Of a stretch of 60,544 nucleotides of DNA, positions 15,171 through 23,818 are shown piece by piece. Both the position numbers and the translations under genes were made by a program. The number at the start of each line of letters is the position of its first letter. The first letter of the stretch is position 1. Under the pieces are notes generated by a model. That model saw nothing but the letters and a program-made list of their open reading frames with translations, searched no databases and had not been told where the DNA came from. The stretch is from a virus. Its lineage: Duplodnaviria; Caudoviricetes. Location of the stretch: IMG/VR virus record IMGVR_UViG_3300048996_000071, positions 1 to 60,544 of that record, one strand, 5' to 3'.

Positions 15171-15238
15171 GGCTGTAGGGGGAATTGAACCCCAGTAGGA
15201 CCAGGCGCCCCCATATTGCCAGGCGCCCATCTACAGCC
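15171..15238 (-). ncRNA. tRNA-like element (first of the array)
   Basis: GGCTGTAG...GGGG-TTCAATT-CCCC-CTACAGCC (8+4 bp), starting 9 nt after a TAGTGT -10-like box. Confidence 0.7.
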
Positions 15239-16015
15239 AAACCATACACACTACCTATCTTCGGTGCCACCTAGCTAGTCAGGCTAGGTGTAGAACTGTT
15301 TTGTTTGATCCCCGTCCCGGTGTTGGCGTAACGCCTTTCGGCGCCGCCCCCGTTTCGGGGAACGTTACCCGACTCATTTACCCGAGAGTCAGGGCCGGAG
15401 GGAGTGTTCGGCGCCCGGTTTGATCGATCCATGGCTCTACCACGGAGGTGCACGATCCCTCGTTTCAGCTAACCGCTGGTCACTATCCGACTAGGGGTGA
15501 ACCTAGGGCCAAAGGTCGCACATGAACCGTGATCCTGTTTCAGTCGCTACCGGTAGGCCGGTCGCGACGTCCCCAGGCGGAACGCGGGCTAGCAATGGCG
15601 CTGTGTTCACGCCGTTGTACGGGTCTGGCAATCGGCACAGGCTGGCCGCTATCACGTCCGATTCACCCAGTTGCCGTTCGGCCGTGCGCTACTAGGTCGG
15701 GAGTGCGCGTTCAGGCATCGGCTAGATGTTTCGCTAGCCACACACCCTACAGGCGGTGCACCTACCGTTCCCGCACGTCCCGTCAGGGTCGTGGGTGAAT
15801 GCGAACCGCGCAGTAATGATTGCGCGACCCGAATTCGGAGGGTCAACCCAGGTGTAACGTGCGCACCCGGGGTCTAGCTGGTGTTGCGCGGCCCGTTGTG
15901 GCGCCGGTAGTACCGTAACACAGGTGGTGCAATGTGCGCCAGCCGGTATCCCGTGTGTGGGATGTGGGTTACAACGTCGGCCCGCCCGGCCCCGGTGTTC
16001 TGTGGCCGTGTCAAA

Positions 16016-16044
16016 ACCATACGTCCAGGGCCTACCGGTGTCCA
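16016..16044 (-). promoter_or_regulatory. promoter
   Basis: TGGACA-17-TATGGT. Confidence 0.55.
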
Positions 16045-16467
16045 GCTACATTCCTGTGATGCGGGTCACAGGATATATCTGCACGTCAGTGGGGGTTAGG
16101 GCCAGATGGTGATAGTACGGTCACCGTAGCATGCCATCGACAGCAATCTATGTACACCGTAAACAGTTTACGGCGTACAGTGATCCCCGTCACTGTTTTT
16201 GCGGGGACGTATCGGTACCTGTCCGGCAAGTCCGTTATGTCGCCCAGGCGCCGTGACCTGCCAAAACGCCGTAGGATGGCGCCTAGCGGCCTAGCGGGAA
16301 GGGGTCGGCATGATTGGGTGTGCCTTATGTGATCATGGCCCTACGGCCGTCCTAGGTGCCTTAAACGGGCATCCTAGGGACGGGATGGCATCGTCCGTTG
16401 GCCCGTCGTGGGGTGACCAGGGACGATGCCGCGCCTAGGCGTACGCATGGACAGGGATCGATGGCTC

Positions 16468-16548
16468 GTCCACATAGGACCGTCAACAGTGGACGTCTAC
16501 TGTGGACGGTCATTTGTGGACGTCCACTGTGGACCGTCCACAGTGGAC
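16468..16548. repeat. six tandem copies of the 13-bp palindrome GTCCACWGTGGAC
   Basis: Copies at 16468, 16482, 16495, 16509, 16522 and 16536; the last two are perfect. Confidence 0.85.
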
Positions 16549-16758
16549 CCTATGCATGGACAGACGTCGATATGACCAGCTACCTAGTATCCTAGGATGC
16601 CCAGACAAGTCTCTATACTTGCTACGCAGTATAGGGTATACGGTGTATGGGGTTAGGGCAGGCGGCGCTGGTGTGGGGGTATGGGGGTATGGTGTATCTG
16701 ATTGCAGGCGCATACAACATAGGGCCACAGGGCCACACGTGCTCGTAGTTGATCATGC

Positions 16759-16778
16759 CTTGTTTCACGTGAAACAAG
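16759..16778. promoter_or_regulatory. parS: parS centromere site
   Basis: CTTGTTTCACGTGAAACAAG contains the exact consensus TGTTTCACGTGAAACA. Confidence 0.85.
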
Positions 16779-17089
16779 ATGGCCAACCGTTTGACTGCCG
16801 ACCCGTTTATTTCTGTGTGCCGATAGCGTGCGCTATCGGCCCGGACCAGACTAGGACAAAACGGACAGGCGATATATAGCCATATGGCCTGACCCGGGGG
16901 TGGGAAAATGATCATGGGGGGTGGCGCGCGGGGCTTGGACCAAAGTCGATGCTCATAATTTTTTGAAGATATCATGATCAACTAACAGCGTCTGCACCTT
17001 CAAATCTGTTCCCACCTCCCCGAGCACGACCCCGCTACGCATACACTGAGTGCTCGACCACCAAGAGCCTAGGCCAGTAGTATTCCACT

Positions 17090-17610
17090 ACAGTAGGTTT
17101 CCTATATTTCTCCTATGTATCTACTATATTTCTCCTATATTATTTCCATAATATATATGCAGGTCAAACACTATATGATCATGCTTTTAGGATATACGGA
17201 ACCAACCCCGAACCCCCGGGGATACTGTAGGGAATCGGCCCTGGTGGGCGAGCGCTATGCGTGAGCTGTGCTACTCGTTACTCTACGTTACGTAGCTATA
17301 AGTATGATCGGAAAAATTTTGGTTTCACGGGGCTTAAGAAAAAATTGCCACTTATCCGGTCCGGGGTGTCACGACCCCCCGGCGGTTCCATAATAAAAGA
17401 CTGTCGACGTTTCCGCAGGTCAACCCTAAAGTGTTTACGGAAAACAAAACGGAAAACAGCCCGAGTGACATATTGTTTCCGTTAATAAAATGTCTCCGTA
17501 TATCTACTGGAATTTCTGTGTTTCCATAATTTCCATAATACCTGTACCGATGTCACGCTGCGTATATATGGAAACGGAGATTTGGCGTTTCCGTAATGTT
17601 TCCATAATAG
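17090..17610. repeat. AT-rich region with TTTCC(A/G)TAAT-like repeats; candidate replication origin
   Basis: Local GC drop; repeated tttccataat/tttccgtaat/tttctcctat motifs, some inverted. Confidence 0.55.
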
Positions 17611-17644
17611 CTGTTCTGATGCCGGGGTCCGATAGTGCAAGCGC

Positions 17645-17673
17645 TTGACGCCGGGCAGCGACACGCCTATACT
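17645..17673 (+). promoter_or_regulatory. promoter
   Basis: TTGACG-17-TATACT. Confidence 0.75.
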
Positions 17674-17709
17674 AGGCGTGTCGCGCAAAGCACTACCCGA
17701 AGGAACACT

Positions 17710-17994
17710 GTGTCTGCCCCTGTTGCGGAGTCCCCCACCCGCGTCATTCCCACTGTTACCGTTCCGACCGAGATTGCAGTCGTGCTGGCTCGCGACTCGG
17801 CGCGGCGACAGTCGCGCCACCGCATGCAGCGTGCGGCGCGGATCTACTCCGGCAAGACCACCTTGCTTGATAAGGTCTCCACCTACCCCGACAAGGGGTG
17901 GGCGGCGCTGATCCTCATCGGGACCGCCTTCGTCTTCACTGGCGTCGGATTCGCGGTCGCCCTCGTGGTCGAGTCCATCGTCAAGTCTGCCTAG
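17710..17994 (+). CDS. small membrane protein
   Basis: AAGGA RBS with GTG start; C-terminal transmembrane segment. Confidence 0.65.
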   Translation: MSAPVAESPTRVIPTVTVPTEIAVVLARDSARRQSRHRMQRAARIYSGKTTLLDKVSTYPDKGWAALILIGTAFVFTGVGFAVALVVESIVKSA

Positions 17995-18011
17995 GGTAGG
18001 AGTAACCCATC

Positions 18012-18278
18012 ATGGCGGAGCCAGCTCCTACCCACAGGGAGCGCCTTAATAGGGCGCGAGCGGCCGGCACGTACGAGGATCTGCGTCCTCAGCTCACCGA
18101 ATTGCTCGCCAACCGGCACCTGTCATTCGCCATGGCGGCGGCTGCGCTCGGCATGGCGACGAAGACTGTCCGTATGGCGGCGGCTGCGCTTCGCATCAGC
18201 AACGTGAACGCGAACCCAGGGAAAGGACTTGTGACCATCATCAGAGCCTATACCGCCGACTGGGATCGCGGCTGGTAG
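18012..18278 (+). CDS. helix-turn-helix protein
   Basis: LSFAMAAAALGMATKTVRMAA HTH pattern; AGGAG RBS. Confidence 0.65.
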   Translation: MAEPAPTHRERLNRARAAGTYEDLRPQLTELLANRHLSFAMAAAALGMATKTVRMAAAALRISNVNANPGKGLVTIIRAYTADWDRGW

Positions 18279-18351
18279 GGTGGGTCTAGCTAAGCCGGGA
18301 GAAACGACCCCGCCCTCAATACACACTCGTACCGGCACTCCCTACTAAGAC

Positions 18352-18385
18352 AAGCAGGCCCCCAGGTTTCCCTGGGGGCCTGCTT
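18352..18385. terminator. terminator between convergent genes
   Basis: AAGCAGGCCCCCAGG-TTTC-CCTGGGGGCCTGCTT. Confidence 0.8.
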
Positions 18386-18397
18386 CGCTCTGTCGGG

Positions 18398-18817
18398 TCA
18401 GCTAGCTAGTCTGGCCCGGCTTCTGTGTAGCATTCGTGCGACGCTCAACGGAATCAGGTGGTCCCGGCGGAGGGTCCGGACTTCCTTGAGCTTGCGACGC
18501 TTGGGCGGCTGGACATCCAGTGCGTAGTGGTATGTCGCGGCATAGGCGATGAAGGCGTCCAGGAACGCGTCGTACCGGCGGACTGCTGAGATACGTTCCG
18601 TCTGCGCGCCGTTCATTCTGCGCTGGACTTCCCGGCCGTAGTCGCGGTTAGCTTTCCTGCACATCGGCCCATCGCAGCCCAGCGCCTTCGTGGCGCGTCT
18701 GCCGTGCGGGTAGGCCGCGTACTCTTGGTCGAGCAGCTCCTCCCTGCAAGCCAGCAGGAAGGGCCAGTGATCGTCAGACCATTCGCCATCGCCCAGCTCG
18801 GGAACAACCAGCATCAT
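18398..18817 (-). CDS. hypothetical protein with HG...GCxxxxC motif
   Basis: ATGA overlap with the helicase gene. Confidence 0.65.
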   Translation of the reverse strand: MMLVVPELGDGEWSDDHWPFLLACREELLDQEYAAYPHGRRATKALGCDGPMCRKANRDYGREVQRRMNGAQTERISAVRRYDAFLDAFIAYAATYHYALDVQPPKRRKLKEVRTLRRDHLIPLSVARMLHRSRARLAS

Positions 18818-20961
18818 GCCGCCTTTCCTGGCAGCAGCTTGCCGCCTAGCATTGATGGCCTGCCTCGTGTACCGCCGGGCTGCTCTTCCAGGATCAGCAT
18901 CTCGAACTTAACCATGTGGTTGATCGTCTTGAGCATCAGTTCCGATTCGACGCCCTTGATGAGCTTCTTAAGATAGTTCATCGTGATGCCGGACTTCTTG
19001 CGGTCATAGTACCTGACAACGGCGTGGTAGATCTTGTCTTCCAGTTCGTCCGCTTCCGTTGCCATCATCGCAGTCCGCACCACGCCGTACGTCTCCAGCA
19101 GGTACGGATACAGCGCCCTGAGCTTGGTGATGTGCTCCTCGGTGATCAGCTCGGTGCGCTCGTTGATCGCCAGCAGCAGGACCAGCTTCTTCAACAGCAA
19201 GTCGATGCGGTTGAAGATCGCCGTCGACTCCTCTGTCTTGTCTTTCAGCGCGAAGACTTCTTCGTAGAAGCTTTCGAATGCGACTAGAGCCGCAGGCTCA
19301 AAGGTCACGTCCTTGGGAGTCATTGCCCAGTTGTGCACGCCCTTCAGATATTTGACCGGCTCGTCGTAGTTGGTGATGTAGGCATTGATCGCCTTCTGCT
19401 TCTTGCGTGGGCCGGTGACGAACACCCATCTGTTGATAAAGCCAGCCGCGTCATCCTTCTCGCCTACCACGCCGCGGATAGACTTGTTCTGCGTGGTCGT
19501 CATTACCTGGCCGAAAGGCTGCATCGCAATCGCATGACCAGCTCCACGTGATGCCGCCGAAATGCTGTGCGGAGCGTCGTACACCTCCATGAGCTGCGGC
19601 TTGAGCGAGGACCCCGCGCGCGAACCTCGCGAGACAAGACTGGCCATCTCGTCGAACTCAAGGTAAACTCTGATTGGCCAGTCTTTCTGTGGAGCGGCCG
19701 GTGCCGACGGATCTTCAATCTTGTGTACGAACATGTCAACCAGCACCTCGCCCGAACCGGGCGTGCCGCCGAGTTTGGTTCCCATCGGCAGCGGGTCGTT
19801 GTGGTCGAAGGGGAGTGCTCGTGACAGCACCTGCTTCAGGTGTGCCTTCGCCCTGGACTTGCCTGTACCGGACGGCCCAGTTAGGCAGACAAAGATATTC
19901 GGCACAACCTTAGGATTGTCCAGCAGTACCCTGTTGCGACCGACGCCGTAGCCGAGCGCCATGAGGCCAGTCCAGAAGTGGAACTCCTCCGGACAGGTGT
20001 CCTTTGTCGTCTCCGCCATCCAGGCCCACAGGAACGTGTTCGGCGTGACGAGCCTGCGCCAGTTAATGCTGGCGACTACCGGGCCGACCGACTCGGCGTA
20101 GTCCTGATCCTCGACGATGTGCAGCTGAACAACGTTGGACTTGGCCACCGATGGCGGCGGTTCGTCTTCCGTAGCTGCTTCGTCATTTTCCTGGGGGTCG
20201 GGGTCCACCGTGGGTGGGGTGCGCGATAGGAACGTCCCTGCGGACGTGGTGTACTTGCTATACCCCAGTTCACCCGCGATCTTCTCGCGAAGCTCCCTAA
20301 AACCTGCCGGGTCCTTTTTGTAGCCCGGAACCGGATAGCCGTAGTGCCAGGCCGCAAAGTCCCAGTTATCCCCACCCATGGCGCAGCTGCCGCAGTGCCA
20401 CAGCTGCTTGTCCTTGTTCATCCAGGCGCTGGGATCGTTGTCCGGATGAGCTGGATTTGGACAGCGGACCTTGCCCTCGTTGCGATAGGTGGCAGCGTCG
20501 ACGTGCCCTTTGCCAACCCAGCGGTTGTACGCCTCAATGATCCCGATGGCTTTGATCTCGCCGTCGAGTGCCATCTCCTCGGCGGACAGCACGACACTGT
20601 CGCCGTCCAGCACCTGTGGCACATGGACGTTGCCGTCTTCCGGCCTGCCTTCATCCTTCTGCTCGACCGCTGCTGCGGTCGCCGGCACGAGCTGAAGATG
20701 GGCGCTGCGCGCCTTGAGTGCGGCAAGTCTCTCGGCCGCAGTTCCGGTTGGCGGCGGAAGTACTGGTCGCGCAAGTGTGGGCTGCGTTGCGGGTGTGGGC
20801 ACCTCCTGGATTTGCTCTGGAGCTTCAGCCTCGACAACAACGGTGGCCCCGCTTGCCGCTGCTTCTTTTTGGGCCTTGAGTTCGGCCAGCTTCGCCGTGA
20901 AGCTGGTGCCACCCTTGGGGGTAGAGCCCATACTGCTCACTCTGTCATGACTCCTGCCCAT
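18814..20961 (-). CDS. Zn-finger (CHC2-like) plus P-loop replicative helicase (DUF3987-like)
   Basis: CPNPAH...WHCGSC; GPSGTGKS; EFDE; GFINRW; true start may be ATG 20931. Confidence 0.75.
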   Translation of the reverse strand: MGRSHDRVSSMGSTPKGGTSFTAKLAELKAQKEAAASGATVVVEAEAPEQIQEVPTPATQPTLARPVLPPPTGTAAERLAALKARSAHLQLVPATAAAVEQKDEGRPEDGNVHVPQVLDGDSVVLSAEEMALDGEIKAIGIIEAYNRWVGKGHVDAATYRNEGKVRCPNPAHPDNDPSAWMNKDKQLWHCGSCAMGGDNWDFAAWHYGYPVPGYKKDPAGFRELREKIAGELGYSKYTTSAGTFLSRTPPTVDPDPQENDEAATEDEPPPSVAKSNVVQLHIVEDQDYAESVGPVVASINWRRLVTPNTFLWAWMAETTKDTCPEEFHFWTGLMALGYGVGRNRVLLDNPKVVPNIFVCLTGPSGTGKSRAKAHLKQVLSRALPFDHNDPLPMGTKLGGTPGSGEVLVDMFVHKIEDPSAPAAPQKDWPIRVYLEFDEMASLVSRGSRAGSSLKPQLMEVYDAPHSISAASRGAGHAIAMQPFGQVMTTTQNKSIRGVVGEKDDAAGFINRWVFVTGPRKKQKAINAYITNYDEPVKYLKGVHNWAMTPKDVTFEPAALVAFESFYEEVFALKDKTEESTAIFNRIDLLLKKLVLLLAINERTELITEEHITKLRALYPYLLETYGVVRTAMMATEADELEDKIYHAVVRYYDRKKSGITMNYLKKLIKGVESELMLKTINHMVKFEMLILEEQPGGTRGRPSMLGGKLLPGKAA

Positions 20962-21926
20962 TGATCAGAGACGGTCATGGCCTCGATCGCATTGCGTTCC
21001 CTGAATTCAGTCATGCGGTGCCGGACGTCCAGGAACTGGGGCAGGTAGTGCTCAACCCCGTCGGGCACCTTCATGTTGCGTCCGAGCGGGAGGCGCATCA
21101 GGTTTCCCAGCTGCTTCTCCTTGTCGGAAACCGTGTCCTGCTTGGGGAAGATTTCCACCGACAGCTGCGGCATGTCCTGTACCGGGTCGCCGAACTTGGC
21201 GCGGTGTTTGAAGAAGTTCTTCCCGCGCAGCAGCTCGAACCTGTCCGTCTGCAGAAGCACCATCGTCGCCAGCTCGCGAGCGACTGACGCTTCGGTCGGC
21301 TCATCCAGGATGACGTAGACGTGCATGCCCTTGTGGCCCGAGTACGTCACCAACGTGCGGTAGCCCAGGAGGTTCTGTGACTCCACGGCCAGGATCTGCG
21401 CCATGGTCCGCATCTGGTACACGAGAAACTTCTCGACGTACTCCGGCCTGTGGGGATTCTCCCAGGCGCCGCGAGGATCGCCGTCAACGAAGTGGTCCCA
21501 CGCAGTATTGATGGGATCAATGCTGATCGGCATCGGGTAGTACCGACCCTCAGGCCAGGTCATGTACTTACCTGCCTCTTTCGCCTCCTCCAAGTCAATG
21601 TCGAAGGCGAAGAACTTGACGGTGCCGGTCTGGCTAACCAGGTAGTGGCCCATGCTGGACTCGCCGCGGATGTGCTTCGCCAGGTCCTGGCGGGTGATGC
21701 GCTCGCGTACCGGGTACCAGCTTCCGTCGGGTCGCTGGAATGCCTTCACGTCCGGCCGGGAGATGAACGTCTTGGCAAAGAGATTCGCCAAGGTGTCCTG
21801 CTCCTCGGCGGTGTATTGCCTGCTGTGCAACACGCCTCCAGAGAGAACAAGTGGCCACCCGCTACGGTGGCCGAGTGGATATTCTGATGTGGTCCCGGCG
21901 CCGATAGACCTATTTGCGCAGGTCAT
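20937..21926 (-). CDS. archaeo-eukaryotic primase (AEP/prim-pol) catalytic domain
   Basis: FAFDID, SGHKGMHVY, GNLMRLPLG; true start may be near 21830. Confidence 0.8.
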   Translation of the reverse strand: MTCANRSIGAGTTSEYPLGHRSGWPLVLSGGVLHSRQYTAEEQDTLANLFAKTFISRPDVKAFQRPDGSWYPVRERITRQDLAKHIRGESSMGHYLVSQTGTVKFFAFDIDLEEAKEAGKYMTWPEGRYYPMPISIDPINTAWDHFVDGDPRGAWENPHRPEYVEKFLVYQMRTMAQILAVESQNLLGYRTLVTYSGHKGMHVYVILDEPTEASVARELATMVLLQTDRFELLRGKNFFKHRAKFGDPVQDMPQLSVEIFPKQDTVSDKEKQLGNLMRLPLGRNMKVPDGVEHYLPQFLDVRHRMTEFRERNAIEAMTVSDQWAGVMTE

Positions 21927-21941
21927 AAACGCTGGATGTAG

Positions 21942-21970
21942 AACATAACACGCACTTCGAAGGGCGTCAA
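21942..21970 (-). promoter_or_regulatory. promoter of the replication genes
   Basis: TTGACG-17-TATGTT. Confidence 0.65.
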
Positions 21971-22184
21971 CCGCGCGGTGGCGCCGCGCGCCCGGTCATG
22001 CTACACTATGCCTTGCTACCTCCAGAGGCCACAATCCACGCCGGTCAGTTGCTACCTGACCAGTCTCCCCCCAGGAGACAAGGCGTGGATTTTGGTCTCT
22101 CCGTTTCCCGTTCGGCGATCCGGGGATCGCTTGCGCCTCCGTGATAGATTACTCTGAGTCGACCGTCCTAGCTAAGGGATCTGC

Positions 22185-23630
22185 ATGGCGACAGAATTCT
22201 GGCTCCGCAACCCCCAGCGCAGTGTGCGTCAAGCCATTGCCGAGGGTGTCGAGCGATACGTCTTCGATCAGGCGCTAGTCAACTGGCAGCGCCAATCTCC
22301 TCACGCCTTCATGCGTGAGCACTTCCTGGGCACCGGCCTCAACCCGCTGTACGTACTGCAAGGCGACCAGGGCGCCCGACTGTACAGCATGTTCACGACG
22401 CCGGATCAGCCGATCGCCGTGTGGCCCACCTGGGACCCAAGTCAGGAACTGGATCTGCTGGAGCATTACCTCGCGCTCCCCCAGGGTGAAGACATCTACC
22501 TGTGTGGTGACGACGAGATCGATTCGTCGATTCGACCAGTGTTCGACCAGGAGCACAGGGTCTTCATCACCGGCGGTCTCAGGATGCAGACCGGTCCACA
22601 GAAAGACAAGATCATCGGCGAGATCCGACAGCTGTGTGCAGGCTACCCCAACGCCATCGTACACCTGTCCGGCGCACTCACGTTCGGCACCATGTTCAAC
22701 TGGGGTTGGCAGTCGGTTGATTGGTGCACCGACGAGGCTCGCGTCTACGGTAACATCATCTTGCCAAACGGCATCAAACTGAGGTTCGCCAGTGATGACC
22801 TCATGCTGTACTCCGACTGGATCGAGATGGTCGGGTTCACGGTCGAAAGGCTGAGCAGGCATCGCAACGAGCAGGTCCAGTTTCACATCAGGTCGGCACT
22901 ATGGGCCGCCGAGAACTTCGACAGGGACTTGCGCACCAAGCGCCGCTACACGCCGAACCTTGCTGGCGCATCCGCGCTACCCAGTACGTGGGCTAGCCAG
23001 AACACCAATGCCCAGCGCAACTGGCGTAAGAGTAGCACCATCGCGTCTCGTGCACTGCCGATGCTCAACAAGGCCGACGGCGACAAGGCGTTCTGCGATT
23101 ACTGCGTCCTGAGTACATCTTGCAAGCTGGCGCGCGCCGAGCAGGTTTGCGGACTGGAGGAGACCGAGATGGGCGAACTGGCGAAGCACTTCAAGACCCG
23201 TAATTCCGACCAGATCATCGACGGGCTGACGGATCTGATCGTGATGCAGGCTGACCGCATGGAGCGCAGCGTCGCCGCCGAGGACGTCGAGGGCGAGGAC
23301 GGCCCCAGCTCCGAGGTGACTCGCCAGATGAACAGCGTGTTCAGCAACGCGACGGCGCTGGCTAAGCTGCTCAACCCGAACCTCAACGGTAAGGGCACGA
23401 CGGTTAACAACCAGACGCTGAACATCAACGGCGGCAACATTCCGTTCAGCTCGGGTAACCCTCGCGAGGTCATGGCTGCCATCGTCAAGGAGCTGACCAT
23501 GGCCGGCATCCCGCGCGACGAGATCACCGCCGATATGATCAAGGCGGTGCTCCGGCAGGGTAGCGATCAGCAGACTGACCAGCAGGCCCTGGAGGGTGTT
23601 ATCGTTCAGAACACCTCGGCCAAGGAGTAG
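22185..23630 (+). CDS. hypothetical protein: possible degenerate TGT/DpdA-like N-domain, Cys cluster and helical terminase-small-like C-terminus
   Basis: VHLSG...WQSVD; CDYC...C...C; first gene of the packaging operon. Confidence 0.55.
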   Translation: MATEFWLRNPQRSVRQAIAEGVERYVFDQALVNWQRQSPHAFMREHFLGTGLNPLYVLQGDQGARLYSMFTTPDQPIAVWPTWDPSQELDLLEHYLALPQGEDIYLCGDDEIDSSIRPVFDQEHRVFITGGLRMQTGPQKDKIIGEIRQLCAGYPNAIVHLSGALTFGTMFNWGWQSVDWCTDEARVYGNIILPNGIKLRFASDDLMLYSDWIEMVGFTVERLSRHRNEQVQFHIRSALWAAENFDRDLRTKRRYTPNLAGASALPSTWASQNTNAQRNWRKSSTIASRALPMLNKADGDKAFCDYCVLSTSCKLARAEQVCGLEETEMGELAKHFKTRNSDQIIDGLTDLIVMQADRMERSVAAEDVEGEDGPSSEVTRQMNSVFSNATALAKLLNPNLNGKGTTVNNQTLNINGGNIPFSSGNPREVMAAIVKELTMAGIPRDEITADMIKAVLRQGSDQQTDQQALEGVIVQNTSAKE

Positions 23631-23632
23631 CG

Positions 23633-23818
23633 ATGGGAAAGCTTACCCCCGAGCAGATGGCCTTCGACGTCAGTCAGTTCTTCGATCCAGACGCTCCGTC
23701 GGGCGAACCGATGCTTGAGCAGATTCATGACCCCTTTACTGGGGATGTGATCTGTCCAGGCATGAGAATCGACACAGACGGAAACATTCACCGCACAGTA
23801 CCGAAGGGGCAGTCATGA
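23633..23818 (+). CDS. small hypothetical protein
   Basis: GGAG RBS; tiles with its neighbours. Confidence 0.55.
   Translation: MGKLTPEQMAFDVSQFFDPDAPSGEPMLEQIHDPFTGDVICPGMRIDTDGNIHRTVPKGQS

Noticed and set aside
9900-15238. CRISPR array or true tRNA cluster
   Set aside because: Repeats are separated by whole genes (0.2-1 kb) rather than spacers, and they lack D and anticodon arms.
9900-15238. Ordinary intrinsic terminators
   Set aside because: No U-tracts; the conserved T-loop, GGT linker and fixed 12-bp stack are not terminator requirements. A secondary terminator role is not excluded.
16468-16548. Mini-CRISPR
   Set aside because: 13-bp units are adjacent with no spacers.
15271-17485. 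Short ORFs listed in the control region
   Set aside because: No RBS, atypical composition, and they overlap repeats, parS and hairpins.
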